In this document: piece by piece, positions 62,489 through 64,000 of the stretch
Numbering within the stretch: position 1 is the first letter of the stretch
Layout: each line of letters begins with the position of its first letter
From: Gammaproteobacteria bacterium
Lineage (GTDB): Bacteria; Pseudomonadota; Gammaproteobacteria; Eutrophobiales; Eutrophobiaceae
Direction of reading: 5' to 3'
Assembly: GCA_965243205.1 (NCBI GenBank)
Contig: CBDEUK010000002.1
Span: 1,184,001-1,248,000, forward strand
DNA: 64,000 bases
Program-made: the position numbers and the translations under genes
Notes under the pieces: generated by a model
Database searches by the model: none
Seen by the model: only the letters and a program-made list of their open reading frames with translations
Told to the model about the DNA's origin: nothing

Positions 62489-63817
62489 GTGGATATGACT
62501 ATTTTATTCTCTTTTCTCGAACAGATCGCGCTTCCTGTTTTAATCCTTCTAAGTGTGTGGATTCTTTATCGATTATTCCGATCGCAACGCAATGAAGAGA
62601 TACTAACTCGTATTGAAAAACGCATGGAAGAAAATCAATCACGTATTGATCAAATCGAACAACAATTGTTTCGAACTGAACGCGATCAAGCAAGACACAT
62701 TATTGAACTGCGCGAAAAAATGCTCGGTTCATTTGGCGCTCAAGGAGAATCTCTAAGTTCTAAACTGGCTTCACATCAAACCAGTTTCGCAGAGCGCCAG
62801 ACCGACGGCATCAAACAGCTCTACGATAGCCTGCAACATGGCATGACTGAAATCCAAAAACAAGTCAGTGAAGCTCTAAAAATTAATATGGAATCATTGG
62901 GCAAACGTGTTGATGGACTAACTGAAAAAACCGAGCAACGTTTACATGAAATTGGCGGCCTAGTTGAAAAACGTTTAGAAGAAGGATTCAAAAAAACTAC
63001 AGAAACCTTCACCGATATTTTAAAGCGTTTGGCTTTGATCGATGAAGCTCAGAAAAAGATCACAGAACTTTCTTCGGAAGTTGTTAGCTTACAAGAAATC
63101 CTTGCCGATAAACGCTCACGAGGTGCTTTTGGGGAAGTACAGTTAAATGCATTGATCGCTAATGTCATGCCCGAAAACAGTTATGCAATCCAATACAGTT
63201 TACCCAATGGCAAAATTGCTGATTGCGCTCTGTTCTTACCCGAACCGACCGGCACTATCGCGATTGATTCGAAATTTCCATTGGAAAGCTACCGAACCAT
63301 GACCGATTTTAATGCGACTGATATCGATCGCAAACAAGCCGAAAAACAATTTAAACGTGATATTCAAAAACACATCGATGATATTGCAGCAAAATATATC
63401 CTTCCTGGTGTTACTTCCGATGGCGCCATTATGTTCTTACCTGCAGAAGCGGTGTTTGCTGAGATTCAAGCCAAGCATGGCGACCTTGTTGATTACGCAC
63501 ATTCTGCACATGTTTGGCTAGTCTCGCCGACAACTCTTTGGGCAACATTGAATACCGCACGTGCTGTATTAAAAGATGCAGAAACCCGTGAACAGGTCGA
63601 TATTATTCAAGAGCACTTAGTGTATTTAGCCAAAGATTTTCAGCGCTTCCAAAAACGCATGGATGATCTCGCCAAACACATCAACCAAGCGCAAGCAGAT
63701 GTTGAGCAAGTCAACACTTCTGCCAAGAAAATTAGCTCACGATTTGAAAAAATTGAGCGCTTGGAACTGGATAACGAGAGTGATGTCACATTAACTATAG
63801 AAAATCATAAAAAGTGA
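62489..63817 (+). CDS. rmuC: DNA recombination protein RmuC
   Basis: N-terminal TM, coiled coil, RGAFGEVQL, IDSKFP, MFLPAE, SPTTL. Confidence 0.94.
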   Translation: MDMTILFSFLEQIALPVLILLSVWILYRLFRSQRNEEILTRIEKRMEENQSRIDQIEQQLFRTERDQARHIIELREKMLGSFGAQGESLSSKLASHQTSFAERQTDGIKQLYDSLQHGMTEIQKQVSEALKINMESLGKRVDGLTEKTEQRLHEIGGLVEKRLEEGFKKTTETFTDILKRLALIDEAQKKITELSSEVVSLQEILADKRSRGAFGEVQLNALIANVMPENSYAIQYSLPNGKIADCALFLPEPTGTIAIDSKFPLESYRTMTDFNATDIDRKQAEKQFKRDIQKHIDDIAAKYILPGVTSDGAIMFLPAEAVFAEIQAKHGDLVDYAHSAHVWLVSPTTLWATLNTARAVLKDAETREQVDIIQEHLVYLAKDFQRFQKRMDDLAKHINQAQADVEQVNTSAKKISSRFEKIERLELDNESDVTLTIENHKK

Positions 63818-63865
63818 CGCTAACTAAATGACATTTCATGTTTTTTTGTTACACTTAATTAAATA

Positions 63866-63874
63866 TGCATTGCA
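63866..63874. promoter_or_regulatory. TGCRNYGCA palindrome upstream of the HAD hydrolase
   Basis: aataTGCATTGCAacaa, ending 9 bp before the ATG. Confidence 0.5.
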
Positions 63875-63883
63875 ACAATATTG

Positions 63884-64000
63884 ATGAATAACCGATTTTT
63901 AAAAGCTATCATATTCGATATGGACGGTACCCTCGCTAATACCGAGGAAATTCATCGACTCGCCTTTAATCAGGCCTTTGAAGAGTTTTCCCTGCCCATT
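63884..64000 (+). CDS. HAD-family hydrolase, CbbY-like, 5' part
   Basis: Hand translation MNNRFLKAIIFDMDGTLANTEEIHRLAFNQAFEEF: HAD motif I plus the HR.AFN.AF cap typical of CbbY-like proteins. Confidence 0.8.
   Translation, partial: MNNRFLKAIIFDMDGTLANTEEIHRLAFNQAFEEFSLPI

Overview
AT-rich chromosomal window (mid-30s %GC by eye) from a gammaproteobacterium, judged from gene order and protein types: glnK-amtB/ubiK/comM, apaGH convergent with folA, lgt-thyA, uvrA/yajR/ssb, zapE and rmuC. Most of it is housekeeping backbone. I saw no rRNA, tRNA, CRISPR array, transposase or integrase. The best candidate for an undescribed system is at 39038-42016. There a PAS-AAA+-HTH sigma-54 activator carries a C-terminal group I truncated haemoglobin domain. 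It sits back-to-back with a clear -24/-12 promoter that drives a Sec-exported metal cupin and a Sec-exported truncated haemoglobin, and both globins lack the canonical distal TyrB10/GlnE11 pair. Other points of interest: (1) a TolC fused to an ABC-type substrate-binding domain, in an RND operon inserted between thyA and folA; (2) an integrase-free run of cassette-like genes with eroded attC remnants, behind a decapitated signal-peptide gene; (3) a recurring TGCRNYGCA palindrome upstream of pckG, glcB/serC and a CbbY-like gene; (4) a nested stem-loop leader upstream of pckG; (5) a divergent malate synthase G; and (6) a TorF-family porin with its own NtrC/sigma-54 promoter. All family calls come from motif recognition by eye; no database search was run.
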